A stretch of DNA of 63,649 nucleotides, counting the filler. It is 5 parts of 5 records of this genome, joined end to end, with 100 filler letters (N's around TTAATTAATTAA, not from the genome) between each part and the next. Parts side by side here need not be neighbours in the genome. Positions count along the whole stretch, not along the records: positions 13,214 to 35,375 come from DRR378314_362; 4 more parts are not named here. The stretch is one strand, 5' to 3'. Positions 19,301-32,803 of this stretch are shown one piece after another (positions within the stretch are counted from its first letter, which is position 1; the number at the start of each line of letters is the position of its first letter). The notes under the pieces were generated by a model. That model did no database searches. It was not told the DNA's origin and saw only the letters and a program-made list of their open reading frames with translations. A program made the position numbers and the translations under genes.

Positions 19301-21980
19301 TATGAGCTCCTGATGTGGAGAACAGCGGTTCGACGACACTTGGCGATCGCGGGAAGGGATCGAACAGGATCGGCCCGTCTGCCATAGGAAAGTGCACGCA
19401 CATTGCCTGCAGGAAGACCACAAGGAAAAGAACAGGCGGCGATTACGTCAAGAAAAAGCCCGCATATGCGGCGTTACATGGGTGAACAGCAAAAGAAAAA
19501 CGATGTTCGCCCAACTACGCTTACCGTCTCGGCTGGGAACGATACACGATTCCTGTACAAGATCGGATATTCACAACTGGTTTCCTGGCAACAAAAAAAG
19601 GGAATCTGCCTCCCATATACCATGACAATGAAACTACGAAGTGCATGCTAATGCAGCGGCGTGCGTGGTAAAGCGATAAGAGTGTATAAACGAGCATGTT
19701 CGAGTCTACTCCGGAAACATGTTCCCTTCGTACCTGTCGTCGGTAAATCAATACAGCGGCGATACTCCGTTCCAGCACAACCGCGTCGATGTTCGACCCG
19801 CGCACTGCGTCTCCGCCCATATCACTGGACACTGATCCCGATGATGACGCAACCGAATCCGAACGAGCAGTGAAGTCGCGCGCCATGTCGTTTCCATCGT
19901 CAACCGTGACATCTTCGCCGTGTCCATCGCCCCCACAGGTATCACGCTGACGGCCAGCATACTCTCCTTCGTCTTCTGGATGGTTCTGGCTGCGCATGAG
20001 ACTACAGGAGCAAGCAAGCGCCGTGTGCGAAAGGAACAGAAAACAGCGGGAGAAATACAAAAACACTGAGAAATAGGCGAACAGGGAAACAACCGAGGGA
20101 AGAGAGGTGGAGCGAAATGGATACGGTGAGTGTGCACGTGTGAGAGGTGCGGTATACACCGAGAGCGTGCGCAACAGCTTTCGCTATTCCTACGGAAGAA
20201 ACAGAGGAATTTCGCGATGTGAACTGCGCTACATGTTCGATGCACTGCGCGCATTATTCGGCAAAGCGCTTACTTCCTCAGTACAACGCGGCGCGTGGAA
20301 AAAATCACCTTGATTCCACAAAACTGTGGAGCGACTCGATGGCGCGCTCGTCGACCGAGTTGCGCAGAACTTCCAAGGAACCGCCTACGCCCCACAGCGG
20401 ATTCGATAAATCCACAACGAGCTCGTCGACACCTTCCAGACACGATTTGAATCGTGTCGTCTCTGTGAGCAGAACGCGCGGGTGTCGCATACTGCGCCGA
20501 ACGTCATCGGCGCTCCCGCCCTTCTCCCGCACCAGCGAGCTCTGCAGAGCGGGAGCGCGCAGCACACAGCCGTGTGAGACGATGCAAGTCGGTATAGACT
20601 CATAGTAGCGCCAGGGGGGAACGCAGTGGCGGAGAAGCGACGGTGCGAACTCTCTGCTGCGCCTTCGGGAACAGCGCCGTCGGAGTCGTTTCGCGCCGCA
20701 GCGCACTCGCACCTTCTCGGCGTACGACGCGTAGTCGAAGAGCGCGCGACTCTGCAAGCTCCCACACGTGAGCCACCCGACAGCCATGACATCATGGACC
20801 TCGGTTGGGCTTGTAAACGGCTGTTGATATAAAAGGCGCAACGCGGCCTGCGAGCGATTCGCAGTCGACGAAGATGACACGCAACGAGCGACACGCAGAA
20901 GCGACGATTGGAGCGAGTGAGAGACGCAGCGGCAGAGCGACGTGCACCAACACACCACAGCGCAGGCTCTCTCACTCGACGACATTGCTTCACTGCATCG
21001 TATCCAATACTCTGATCCCCGTGTGCTCCCCAGGGTGGGCGCGCTCGTTTACCTCGAAAGCCGCGACGACACCCACTTCGTACGGGACGCCCTCGTATCC
21101 CTCTCCGACCGCGGTGCAGAGCGCAGAAGAAGACCCGCCCACGCCCACCACGTCGCCCGTGTCCACCGTCAGCGCTGCATTAGGGGCCGTAAGTACGTCG
21201 TCTCCGCCCTATACACCGTATTCGCGCAGAAATGGCCGCGAGTCGCGGATAAATGTGGTGAGCACTGGTGCACGCGCCCGCGGCCATCGAGCTCCGGAAG
21301 GGCGAGAGCGCGCGCTTCGACGCGAGACCACCGGGAGGAAACGCCGCCGCGCCAGCACACGCATCCCGCAGGTCCTTCCCGGCCCTACGCGAGAAAAGAA
21401 AGTGAACCATTTGCTGTGCAGCTCGGCGTACATCAGGACACGATAGATGCGACGCCAACAAGCACGCCCCAGAGAAATTGATACAGTGAACGAGGAGAGA
21501 GTTTCGACTCGCTCAGTCTCACGCCCGTTCCGCTTCGCGCGCGAAACGCAGACACAAACACCGAACACTGCGCACGCCTCGCACACTCCTCTCGAAAACA
21601 CAAGCGCAGTACCACATACGCCACGCACACTATTCGATCATTAATCAACGGTGAAGGAACTCTGTATACGCTAGCAGGTGGATTGTCACGTGCGCGAGTT
21701 CGCCACGTTTCGCGCGCCGCGACCGCGCGCGACAGAGCGAGCGCTTTGGGCAGCGAACCAGCGAGCGTACCGCGGGCGCGCGGACAACGTCGCTCGCCAA
21801 AGACACACGGCGGCTGCTCCCGCCGTCCCCGCTCTCTTTCTCAACCAGCTCGTGGCTGATATGCGCATGTCGCACTCGCTCGCCGAGCCATGAGGTGACG
21901 AGCGCGAGGCCAAATCCGCCCGCGGCGCCCGCAGCCACGAGCACCGCAGCGCGTATCCCCGCGGGCGCGAGGTCGGACAT
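16380..21980 (-). CDS. Unassigned intron-containing eukaryotic gene or genes with an N-terminal hydrophobic anchor, coiled-coil and acidic segments (boundaries approximate)
   Basis: Exon-like blocks with AG/GT borders: MSDLAPAGIRAAVLVAAGAAGGFGLALVTSWL (21980), ..YESIPTCIVSHG..LSNPLWGVGGSL (~20310-20620), KDELRKAREANSALLEQVAGLERQLRE (~17855-17985), SDSSYSSADESYDTADEEDDENDE (~17400-17570). Confidence 0.35.
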
Positions 21981-22705
21981 GCCGCGACCAGCCGGACCGC
22001 AGACACGCGCGCACAACGAAACAGAGACTTTCCCGCTCTATAACCGTACACACGCTCTTTCCAGAGTCGTAGAGGTGGAGCTCACCGCGGGCATTGCAGA
22101 ACGGAGCAAAGCGATAGGAATGAGGAGCGGCGTCGCGGTCTGGGACGCGCGAGGTGCCGGCGGGGAAAGCGCGGCGCGCGCGCGCTCGCTCGCCGCTGCC
22201 GGGCAGCGGCCGTCCTCGCCGCGCGCTCCGCGGGCCGGCGGGCGCACGTGCGAGCTGCGAGGTCTGTGGATACTCTTTTGCACGCGCACGACACGCAGCC
22301 GCGGAAAGATTATTTACAGGCCGAGGATAATAAAATAGGAAAACAATATCAATTGACTCGGGGGCATCTTGCAGCGCCAAAACGGGCCAACAGCGTAAAA
22401 CGGAGCATTCGAGCGCGTCGAGCACGAAAGTGGCCCGCGCGACTCGCCCACGGCTCGCTCGGCGGCGAATGTGGGAATGTTCCGCACTCCATACAAAGAC
22501 CGGGCGTTTCGCTTTATTCGTTTCCCTGGGGTAACGAGCGCAAGATAGCGTACGGGACTACGCTCTCGGTATCCCGTGCACGAAGATTGAGCGAGTGTCA
22601 ACTTGCAAGTGAACATTTCCGCAAGAGTGACACCGCGCTCGCAGTGGAGCGCAGTGAGAAGCCGCTCTATCGCTCTTTGTTGCGCACGCGCGCCATTGCC
22701 AGCGC

Positions 22706-25700
22706 TTATGCAGAGGTGGCAAATCCGACGCGATCGTTCTTGTAGTCAAAGATGGTGTAGTATGCTCCAATAAACACGTCGCCCAGAATCCAGAAGTCAC
22801 CGTACTGCGCTGGCAGATTGAGGCCCATGAATCCGCTGAGGCACGTCGACTGCGACCCTTCGGAGATCTGCGAAATCGCGAGCGGGAATGGGAATTGCGC
22901 GCGCAAGGACGCACATGAGATACGAAAGGGAAACAGCTGCAAAGGAGAGAGCCGCCTACCGGCCGTTGCTACAGACGCTACTCTACTACGCCAAACATTC
23001 GCCATTTTGACGGGGAATGTAAAGGGCAGAACGCAGCAGTGCAATGCTCGCGTTTTGGGATATATGGTACAACCCCGCTGCGCCACGGAATCCTGTCGCT
23101 ACCGAAGCGAAACAACGAACTGGAGCGCAACGACTGACCACAACAGCAACTTGCGCCACAAATAGTACAACGATGCCATTCCTCATTCGCGCTATACAGA
23201 AGCCCACTCAGAAACTTTGCAAGTTTATGGCGAAAATAAGCATGATCTGCACATACCTTGAGGATGTACTGCTCGGGGGTGAGGGTGAACGTCTTCCCGC
23301 CGATGGAGAAATCCACGTTGGGGAGCGAGTCGAGCTTGGAGCAGTCGACCGACGCCTCACCGTTGGTCTTACCAGCCTTGGCGCACGCAGAGCTCAGAAG
23401 ATCCTCAATGTCATGTGTGGAATGCTTCTCGACGTATCCGATGACATATTTCATAGCAGCAGTGCATGCATCGCATTTCAGACCCTTCTTGGCGCACATG
23501 CCGACGTCCTTGCAGATCGCATCGGGGGAAGCTTTCTGCGCAATCATCTGCGAGATCTTGCTCGCGTACTTGGACACGAGCGTCTCGCACTCCTGCTCAA
23601 TCACGCTGACTGCACCAATCTTGCTGTTGATCTGAGCCACAGAGCTTAATGGTCCCGCAAGCAAAGAGGTACCAGTATCAGCAATCGCGCTGCATCCATT
23701 TTGACAGAAGGAAGTTCCATCGATCGCAACCGAGTCCATGGCAAACTCCCAGTACGTGGTGTTTGTCAACGGCACGTACGAGATGTCACCCGTGTAGTGA
23801 GACGTGTTGATCCCTCCGAGATCGAGCTCGCCTCCAACTTTACCGGAGACATCGCGATTGAGCCAGAAGGAAAACACAGGCTCCGATACAAGGTTCTGCG
23901 AAAGAAGGTTGTACCAAACGGGGGTGACATGATCGACAGCAATCGTATCGAATGCCAGGCCCATAATGCCATCGAACTTCGAGGCAATGAACGCAGTGCC
24001 GGGCTCCTTCTCTGCTTCGCCAAAGGTTTGGCCTTGGATCGCAAGGCCGCCAAGCGTTACCGTATCCGTGGACAAAACACCAGACACAGCACCTGTTCCA
24101 TACTGAATGGCAAATGCTTGGCCGTTCGCCTTGTACGTCGACGATTTGCTCGAGTCATACTTGTGGTGAAGGTCGCACGACACCTCCCAGAAGTGGCAGT
24201 GCTTCGAAGGGATCCACAGATTCGACGAGCCAGCTGCACAGAGAGAAGACAAAAAGTGCATTAGCGCGGAGTAAAACGCGACGCAAGTCACAAGCGCTTT
24301 TACAAGCCATAGAATGCATTGTAGTTTTGGAGAAAAAAATTGTCGCTGACAGCGCGTCTGTAAATAAAAATCCGGTATCAAAGCTCTCAGGGTCTTGCGT
24401 TGGATCAGTGAATGGATACGCACGTCCGTGCTCTACAGCACGAGTCTGGTATACGAGAGTTCTTTTCCTTTCGGCAAAGACAGTCAACAAAAGGTGATCA
24501 GTGTCTTTGAGGGAAGAAATACGTAGTACCGGTAAGGCAAACTATCGAATTTTTATAGCTGAGCTTCCCAGTGGTGGGAACTGCTGCTATACGAAAGACA
24601 TTCTATTAAAAAGTATCGAGCGGAGTAGAGCTTTCTTTTTTAAGGGGCCTCAGAAAATACAAGGCTGCTCCCAAGGAATGTAGGTGCGACACAGAAAATC
24701 TTCACCCGTTTGCATATGCTGATGGAAAACGTACTATCATACACCACCGTAAAGTTTTGCGACGGTGTTCCGATAGAAATTGGTCCGTAGTACTGAGCGT
24801 CCATGAAGTCAAGGATCTCGACACTGTGCCCCGAACGGAAGCGGCGTTTGGCCCCGAGACCTGTACATCCAGGCGATCGCACAGCACAGATACGCGAGGA
24901 GAGTCAGAATACATGTCAGAGCCGGGCGCGTGTCCCGCCTTTTCAATGACGCCGGTTTAAGGAGATCCAGTTTGAGATGACCGCGAAAGCAACTTTCCGC
25001 GCCTAGCCGGCGAAGCAGCGAGGCCGGGTGGTACCCAACCGAGCGAGCATGAACACGCATTCCATACGTCGCTACTCTTTGGAAAGCTACCACTGAATTT
25101 CTGGCACCTTGGCTCCAGGAATAACTTATCTAGATTAAGGAAAGGCAAACATGTCTCCGGTGGGTCACAAAGAGGGAGAAAGGAAAAGAAGCAGCGGAAA
25201 CACAGAAATACCATAGGAGACAGCTATGATGCTCCTGGTCCGTGCAGGCAGAATATCCCAAACCATAGTCCTCCCCGCCAACGACAATGCCTGCCTCGAC
25301 GCGCCGCAGTGCACACGTGCAGAGCCAAAATGGGATCAAAGCTCATAAGCAGTATTTAATTTTCCAGTACAATTCAGAGGGCTCCTCTCGCCACGAAAGT
25401 CAGGCTCGGATACTTGGAGCAGCTTTGCCTGCACATCCGAGTGCCCCACGCTCGAGGGACCGGGGACCCCGTGCGCAGACAACGAGAGGTGAACGAAAAA
25501 CACAGCAGCCACGAAAATGTAGTACCTAGCCTTCTTTTGTACATGATCATACAGCAAAAATTGTATTCTCTACTGTCAAAGCGTGCACAAATCGACGAAG
25601 TGAGTGCCTGCCGATCCAACGCAGAAACATGCCGTTGTCGGCGGCGCCCCGCGTGCAAGGCGAGCCTGTCGCTCCTCGGCTCTGTGCGCGATCCGAAGCC

Positions 25701-25893
25701 CCCTCGCTCGCCATTTTCAGCCGTGTGCACGCGCTGACTCGATACACCTCATTGGTTTTCACGTACCAAGCGAAAAGTAAGCGGGAGAATCCCCTCCTTC
25801 ACGGAGAAAAGTTCCGCGCTCAATGGGAACAGAAACAAAGCTTGCAGTGGCAACCGCGGCAACGCACGCCAGAGCAAGAGCGATGACCTTCAT
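22706..25893 (-). CDS. A1-family aspartic protease (cathepsin D/phytepsin-like) with a saposin-like insert, 4 exons, about 463 aa
   Basis: Exons 25893-25767, 24860-24735, 24233-23257 and 22867-22706 join in frame: signal peptide [39 protein letters not shown] (first DTG split by an intron), IQYGTG, FDGIMGL, IADTGTS, WILGDVF. Confidence 0.93.
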
Positions 25894-26899
25894 TGTAGCG
25901 AAATCGGATGAGCAGCCCCTTGCGAATGCGGCACACCAGGTCAGGAGAAAATGCGGTCGCCTTCGCGCGCGCGCGCGCGCAGGGCACACATAGCATTGCG
26001 CTCTGGCTCGGCATGGCATGGCATGGCCAAGGCTGAGGGTACGACATCCTTGACGCAGTGAGACCGATGCCAGCTGCCCTGCAGCACCGCGCACGCACCG
26101 CAACTCGCTATACTTCTTGACAACTACGCTCGCATGCGAGTCGTTACGATCTCGTACTGGCGTGTATTGCATAACGTTGGGTAGGTTGGTTAATAGTTCA
26201 CACATATCCAGCCAGTGAATGCATCACTTGCGGGTGCCGGGGTGTCGCGCTTACGTTCCCAAACACGGAGGGAAGAGGAAGAAGCTGACTTATTCGCCGA
26301 CCGACGCACTAGGCTACCCACACATACACACATGAAATGGACACCCTCAAGGACCCTTCGCGAATTTCAACTGAATCTCTCTAAAACTTTGGTAGCAGCA
26401 GGAGCAATGAAGATGATATTCAGAGCAATGAGGCGGTACAACGTTGAGCCTTGATATGAATGGCGTGCTGTAGGCAGCATGACGCCCTAGGGCACACTCG
26501 CGGAGTCCTGGGCAAGAGCACACCCATCCTATTAGCAGAGAGACAACCACGCAAAAGGAATACCTCACACGTTGGATGCCGCTATGAGATACTATTCTTT
26601 ATTGAAAGAGGACTTGAAATTAAGTAAGTCCCTTCCGTAGGGTGGGAGAATCCAAGCCGCACAGACTCCAGCGTGCTGCGCTTGCGCTCTCGGATATGTT
26701 TGGACCTATTCAGCCAAAAGGCCAGTAGTCTCCCCCTGTAAAACCAAGAGTACATGAACAAAGCACAGAACACCCACCGTCCCACGTCGCTTACATAAAT
26801 AAACATGTGGTATTGTTGAAGAATGGAACTTGTATGAGCGCGGAGTGCGATCTTTGGCACAGCATGCATGCGTGCGAACTGGAGCACTGTGGAAAGCGG

Positions 26900-29800
26900 G
26901 GCTTCTCGTTTGCGCACCGTGCACTCGATTTCGCCAGGAGTCGCGTCCCCGTCCCCGTCCGGCATCACATCGACGCCTTCACCACCTGCAGAGACACGAA
27001 CGAATTTTGCCAGAGACTTTGTAAGAACTTGAACTCGTTGCAATATTTCTATGGCTCAAAATGAGACTACTGCACTGCTAAATACGAGTACGCGTGCAAT
27101 CGGTATCAGTGGGCACGGGTTCTCCTTCTGCCCTGCTGCTAACGCCAAGCACATGAGAGCGCCCAGAAGCACAACACAGAGCCTGTCTCCCGGGCGAGAC
27201 AAGAAATCACAAAATGACGACCCAAGTCCGCATATTTGCGCACGATATATACACTCAATAGTTTCACCGTAAAAGAATTGGAAAGATATTTTCATGGGAC
27301 AGGAAAGACTACGGGAGTGCGTAGCCACATGTGCGAGCCACACAGCACCCGTGGTGCTTCGCGTGAGCAAACAAAATCATGACAAGAACACCTAAAGATG
27401 CCCCTGATGTCGCAGTCTTCGATTGCGAATACACACAAAATTCCTACCATTGATGTAAGATCGGAATAAGAATATCAGCAGAGGGGAGCTTATTGTACAC
27501 AGCCCGACGATCAGCCACATTGTCCCACAATGCCTGCAGTGCGCCGAAGTTTTCCGTTTTCGATTGATTGTTGTCGTTTGTCATTTGCCAGAAAGGTACC
27601 AAACAGGGCACGTATCATGCCATAGAGGCGTCAGCAACACATTATATTTCGATCCCAAGTTTTTTTGTTGTGAGGTCGAATAACTGGGGAGGAAGCATAA
27701 TGTCTAGTTAAAAGAGAGCGCTTCGTCCTCAGCAAGTTGCGGGAGCCGTGCGATTCGGCGCGCCTTCTTCCGAACCCAATGATCCTCCCACAGAGCAAAC
27801 CAGCTCGTACCGTCACGCTTGCGTCTTCAAGGAAAATCAGGCTGCCGCACGAATTAATATACTTTGTGCGCGCATTTCTTCGCATGCGAGGTTGTTGGCG
27901 CAGTGGGAGCAATGATGGCGTGGCCGTACCTTGTGCCGTGCGCGGGGCAGTATTCGCCCAGCAGGGTCCCGGACAGCCCTCCGACCAGCAGTGTCGCCAC
28001 GAACATGGGCGCGGAAGCCAGCGCTCCGTACGTCCCTTCTCGTCCCTTCGGCGCAACCATTGTAGTGTACTGCAAGCGAGTATTTCCGGCCATACGAAGC
28101 GATATTAAGCACCCAGGAAACTTCACAGCAAGAGCAATTGACCAGCTCCTTTTCTTCGAGTCGGAGACAGCAGCACAGTGGATCGGAACAAAGGCCGCAG
28201 TGCGCGCCGTGCAGGAGCACTGTGTCGCCGAAGGGGAGGTACCCCCGCGCGGGAATGAAAACGCACACGGTGCGCGCAAAGCACTGATGCGCCGCACCAA
28301 TTTTTAAAAATGATCTGACACTTCTCCGTCTTGTCATCCAAGTAAACAGCGCGTGTCAACCTCCCCCGCTTCTGTACTCTGTACACCCCTTGCTATATGG
28401 ACATGGTCGTCTATTGCGCACCTCGTACAATCGCGGACTCCAGATCGCTTCGCCGACAGAGAGAAAGACCACAAACAAGATGGCAGTCCAGTACGACGCT
28501 CCAGCTGCAATACGAAGCGGAAGCGCAAGAGTCCCGAAATGCACGATCCTTAGCACAGCGATCATGAGGGCTGTGAAACAAGTGAGGAAGTACCCCCGCC
28601 CCGTGCTCTCTACGCCGAACATGTGTGCGGCGAGTCGCGGGTGCGACGAAGACAGCTCCGCGCGCAGCGCTTCGCTATCATGACGACAAAGGGACAGGAG
28701 AGATACGCGAGAGACAAACCAGATAGCACACTACGCATGAGCAGAGACTTCGCCAATTGGTACCACCACGTTTGCTATTTTCCAGCGATACGCAAACAAC
28801 GGAAGCGCAGCAATGATGAGCAGTGCAGCTCGTCTTCTTTCCCCATTGTGACCTGTTCGCAGAGCCACCGCAACGCAACGCACCTACCAAGAAGAACACC
28901 GACAGAGCAGATATCCATGACCCCACGAGGATCATTTTGAAAGCAGACACGTGCTTCGTGAAGGCTGATATGATGGGAACTAGGAATATGATTAGAAATG
29001 GATTGATGCCAATTATTGAGCCGTACGGGGCGTTGTCGCCCAATTCGCGCATCATATACTTTGGAAATGTTGCGTCCTGTGGCATTCGCATCGCACCGCG
29101 CGAGTGGTATCGACGAGAGCGCGTGCGCGAGTGAGAGGGCAACAGAGGAAGAGGACACGTAGAGAGAGCCAGGTGCGTGCGCAGGCGGACGTGGAACATA
29201 CTCCTAGCCTGCATGAGAAAACGAAAGCTGCAGCTGCAGCCTCTTTTCTGAGACCTTTGCACTACCGGATCAATCAAGGGGATAAAGATGTGTGAACCAA
29301 TCAGATCGCTTGTTCGTGCTGCGACGACGAAGAGCAACAGACACGGCAAAGCAGATGCTGCGCCAGCGCCCTCTTTCCTGCGCACCCAAGTGCGCTCCCC
29401 GGTACTTCTCCTTAATCCCACAGAGCTTGGGGTACAAGTTAAATGATCAACGAAATACATACATACGGCATCAGCTTTTTGTGTAGAAATACGGTAATAC
29501 AGGTACTACGAGGATCGGGAAGCGCACGGAGATTCCAGGTCCTTCACCCCCCGCGCGGTTTTCATGGAAGTTGCGCAGACTCCACGTACCAAGTGACGAA
29601 AGATGGAGCGCACTCCGATGAGGAAAATAATGAACACCACGAATCGCCAAAAGCGCGATTGCCCTGTCACCGCTCGGATCATATCGACCACTGCTTCCCT
29701 TTTTGGTGTGAACTTGTTCATCTTGCCTGTGTGGTGCATTACAGGACGCGTACCCGTCTGGCGACGCATGAGACTATAGGGAGCGCTTGTGAGGAAATAT

Positions 29801-31781
29801 GGACGGCGCGTACTGCGCGAGTGCTCCTCGCGCGCGAAGCCAATACCTCTATCTTCAGAGGCTCAAAGTTGAATGCGTGATAGAATATCAGGTACCTTCT
29901 CTTTATGGATGCACCGTTGGCGGTGCATTCCAAAGGAACGAGTCCGGAACGCACCTTGGTGATCTACATCGATTTCGCGGAATAGAATGGCGGCAAGGAC
30001 GCAGTACAGCAGTGTGGCTACTGCGCCAGAGAATATGAGAATCCGATACGGGCTCAGATGATGCGACCCGAACAAATTCAATGTAACTCCATCTTCAAAA
30101 GCATATCTGGAAGGATCCAAAGAACAAAGCATTGCCGTCAAAACGTGTTGGATAAGAAGCACCATCTTTTTGCAGAAACCTTGCTACTCGCTGGCACAGT
30201 GAAAAATGACGCCGCATGGGGAGCAAGGGACTGCACACAACGCTGTTCATTCGAACGTCTCGTACCGGACAAAGTCGACAGCCGGCGCAGCGACAAATGC
30301 AGCGATATTCATCACCACATAGAAGAGAGAAAACGCAATACTTCGGTTGGAGTCATTTGTGTATCGTCGAACCCCGATGGACATGACCTGGAATATTCCA
30401 GCAGCGCCGAGCCGCAGCGAGCAAGAGAGCAGCGGATCATTGGTCCTCGTTAGGCAGCGAAAACGCGATCCAGGAGGGACACACAAAGGACGACTGCGAT
30501 TCAATTCACGAACGCTCGGTGGTGACTTCTCACAGTATCCAACGAACCGGAATGCCAAAAGTTTGTCCCAGAGGAAGAAGAAAGTACATCATGATGGAGA
30601 GCACGAATGTGCTGGTAGTCACAGCCATAGCAACTCGCGCGATGAGCATCAGCACGCCGCCGAAGACGAGGCTCGTCTTGACACCGAGACGATCAATGAT
30701 GAAACCGATCAGTATTCCGTATATCGAAGTCACCATTCCCATTATTCCATAACTGAAGAATGTAATTTATAGGTAGGAGTATGTTCGTCGCGTACAAGGG
30801 GCCGTAAGCGGTAGAGTGTGACAAAGTTCTCCCAGCAAATTTGCGCACGAGGCGCACAGCGACGCTTATCTGCTGTTCAGGCGCAGCAGGGAATGAGACA
30901 CAAAAACACACAAGCCTGACTCGACACAGCATATACAAGATATCAACAAATCATCTGTTCTCGGTTTCGGGAACTAAGGACTAGAACAAAAACGACGGTG
31001 ATGAAGAATGGGTTCAGACACAGCCCGGCGCTGGCAAGCTGAGCGCTGTGGTGGGAGCCTTGGTGTACACCGCTCTGACGAATTGGCATGCAATCGCCCC
31101 CGAACTAGAGCTGACAACGTACGCCCATCCTGCATCCTCATCGGAGAATCCAAATTCATCACTCAGGTATCTGGAGCAAAAGAATTCAAAAAGTGTGGAC
31201 GTACGTTTACAGGTTGTAGCACAAAGCACAACGTTCTTTCTCGCACGCTGAATACGACGGCCAGGCGAGCCAACGCGAATGCGCGGACGCGCCTCTTGCT
31301 TGCTATACTTGAGTCCCCACGGCGTGATACCTTTCACTTACGAGTCAGATGAAATTCGTAGTACGTTGTTCTCTACGTGATAGGTAACAATATATAAAGT
31401 ATTGGCAATAGGATTCGCTGCGTTTTGTTTTTTTCCAGGAAATCTTGTGACGCGCGCCTCAGCGCGGCCAGTGCACTGAAGCGGATCAGGCTGGCCCAGA
31501 CCGGTCAAGCAGGAGCACCGCACGCGCACGCGCTTTCTTCCGCGCTCTCCCCGCCGGCGCGACGAGCGAGCCGTGAAGTGCACCCATCCGTGTTCGCAAA
31601 AACTTGTATTAAATTGATATACGTACATTGTAAAAGTATAGGCCATTCCAAAGTACGCAAAGCTTTCGAGGAATTTCAGCGTATAGGTCAGCCAGAGTTC
31701 GCGCGGAGCGCCGTCGAGCGTAGCAAAGGCCGCGCCCAGCTGGCGGATTCGCCGCTGCATCCATCCTCCTTCGACAGTCAT
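26900..31781 (-). CDS. MFS transporter of POT/PTR-like type, about 10 or more exons (3' end approximate)
   Basis: Exons: ELWLTYTLKFLESFAYF, YLSDEFGFSDEDAG, GFIIDRLGVK, RSIAFSLFYVVMNIAA, FWRFVVF..GVRSIFRHL, DATFPKY..INPFLIIFLVP, SVGEAIWSPRLYE, APKGREGTY, MWLIVGLCTISSP. Confidence 0.85.
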
Positions 31782-32803
31782 TAGAGTAGTCGTACCCAAA
31801 GCGTGTACGAGAAGGAAACGAAAGAGGACGAGTGCGATTGGTGCACTGAAATGAATCCTCTCACAGGGCGTGGCCCTCTTGCCGGGCAGAAAGACGGCCT
31901 CGAGCCCCTCCTCGGGCGAACAAGGGTGCGCGGCGCGGCGCGGCGACCGCAGCGCCGCCGGAGCGCCAAGTGCGAGCCGCTTCCAGGCATCTGCAGCGCG
32001 ATGTCGCAGAGACTCCGCGTGCGCGCTGCACATCCGCGCGCGCGCTGTGGCGCAACGGTGCCGAACGAAACCGCACTCGAGCGCACCGTGGGTAACCAGC
32101 GCCAGCGCCGCACCGAGCGATTCATGCGGAACAGCGTCCGATTGCGCACATGTAGCAGCAATTGCGCCCTGCAACGTGCAGGAAACGACACTTTCTTCAC
32201 TGCAGCACATGAATTGCGGTGCATTCGCTTTAGGTCGCCAGCGAGAGTCAGTGGCGCGCCTCCGTGCGCTACCGCTGCGGATCTCAGCAGCGCCGCATTC
32301 CCTTGCGCCATTTCAATGCAGCGCCTGCATACTCTTCGTTCGCCCGCACGAACAGGCACATCTCGGCTCTTCATCTCTCGCAGTCACGAGTGCAGCTCTC
32401 GCTAAGGAGCATTCCGTCGCCGTCCCAGTCCGTGCGCTGGCTGCTGCGGCCTCTTCGCTACGCTTCGTGCCGATGCGCGGCAGCGTACGCGCACGTTCGG
32501 AAAGCGCAGAAAGCCGCAGTGCAGTACGGTATAGGGTCTTGTATCCACACTGATCTGTATTTCTTCGCTATTGGCGGTGAAATCTACGGAGAACGTGCAG
32601 CATGCAACAATCACAATGTCACAGCGCCAAACCATACGTAGAGCACAGTGCTTCACGCGCGCGACCAGCCGCGCTGCGAGACCGAGCACAACAGGGAGAA
32701 CGCAGCGCGTCGCGCATACACCACAACGCGAGCTCGAGCGTTTTAATTTTTTTCCGGACAACACTGTGCGGTCGCAGCGTATCAGGGGGCCGTGCGTGCG
32801 CTC

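Noticed and set aside
22978..24423. 481-aa ORF as a complete intronless protease
   Set aside because: Both ends are intron read-through; the first catalytic DTG forms only after splicing 24735 to 24233.
25964..26026. (CG)n run and GGCAT tandem repeats upstream of the protease
   Set aside because: Short simple repeats common throughout this eukaryotic contig; no array or spacer structure.
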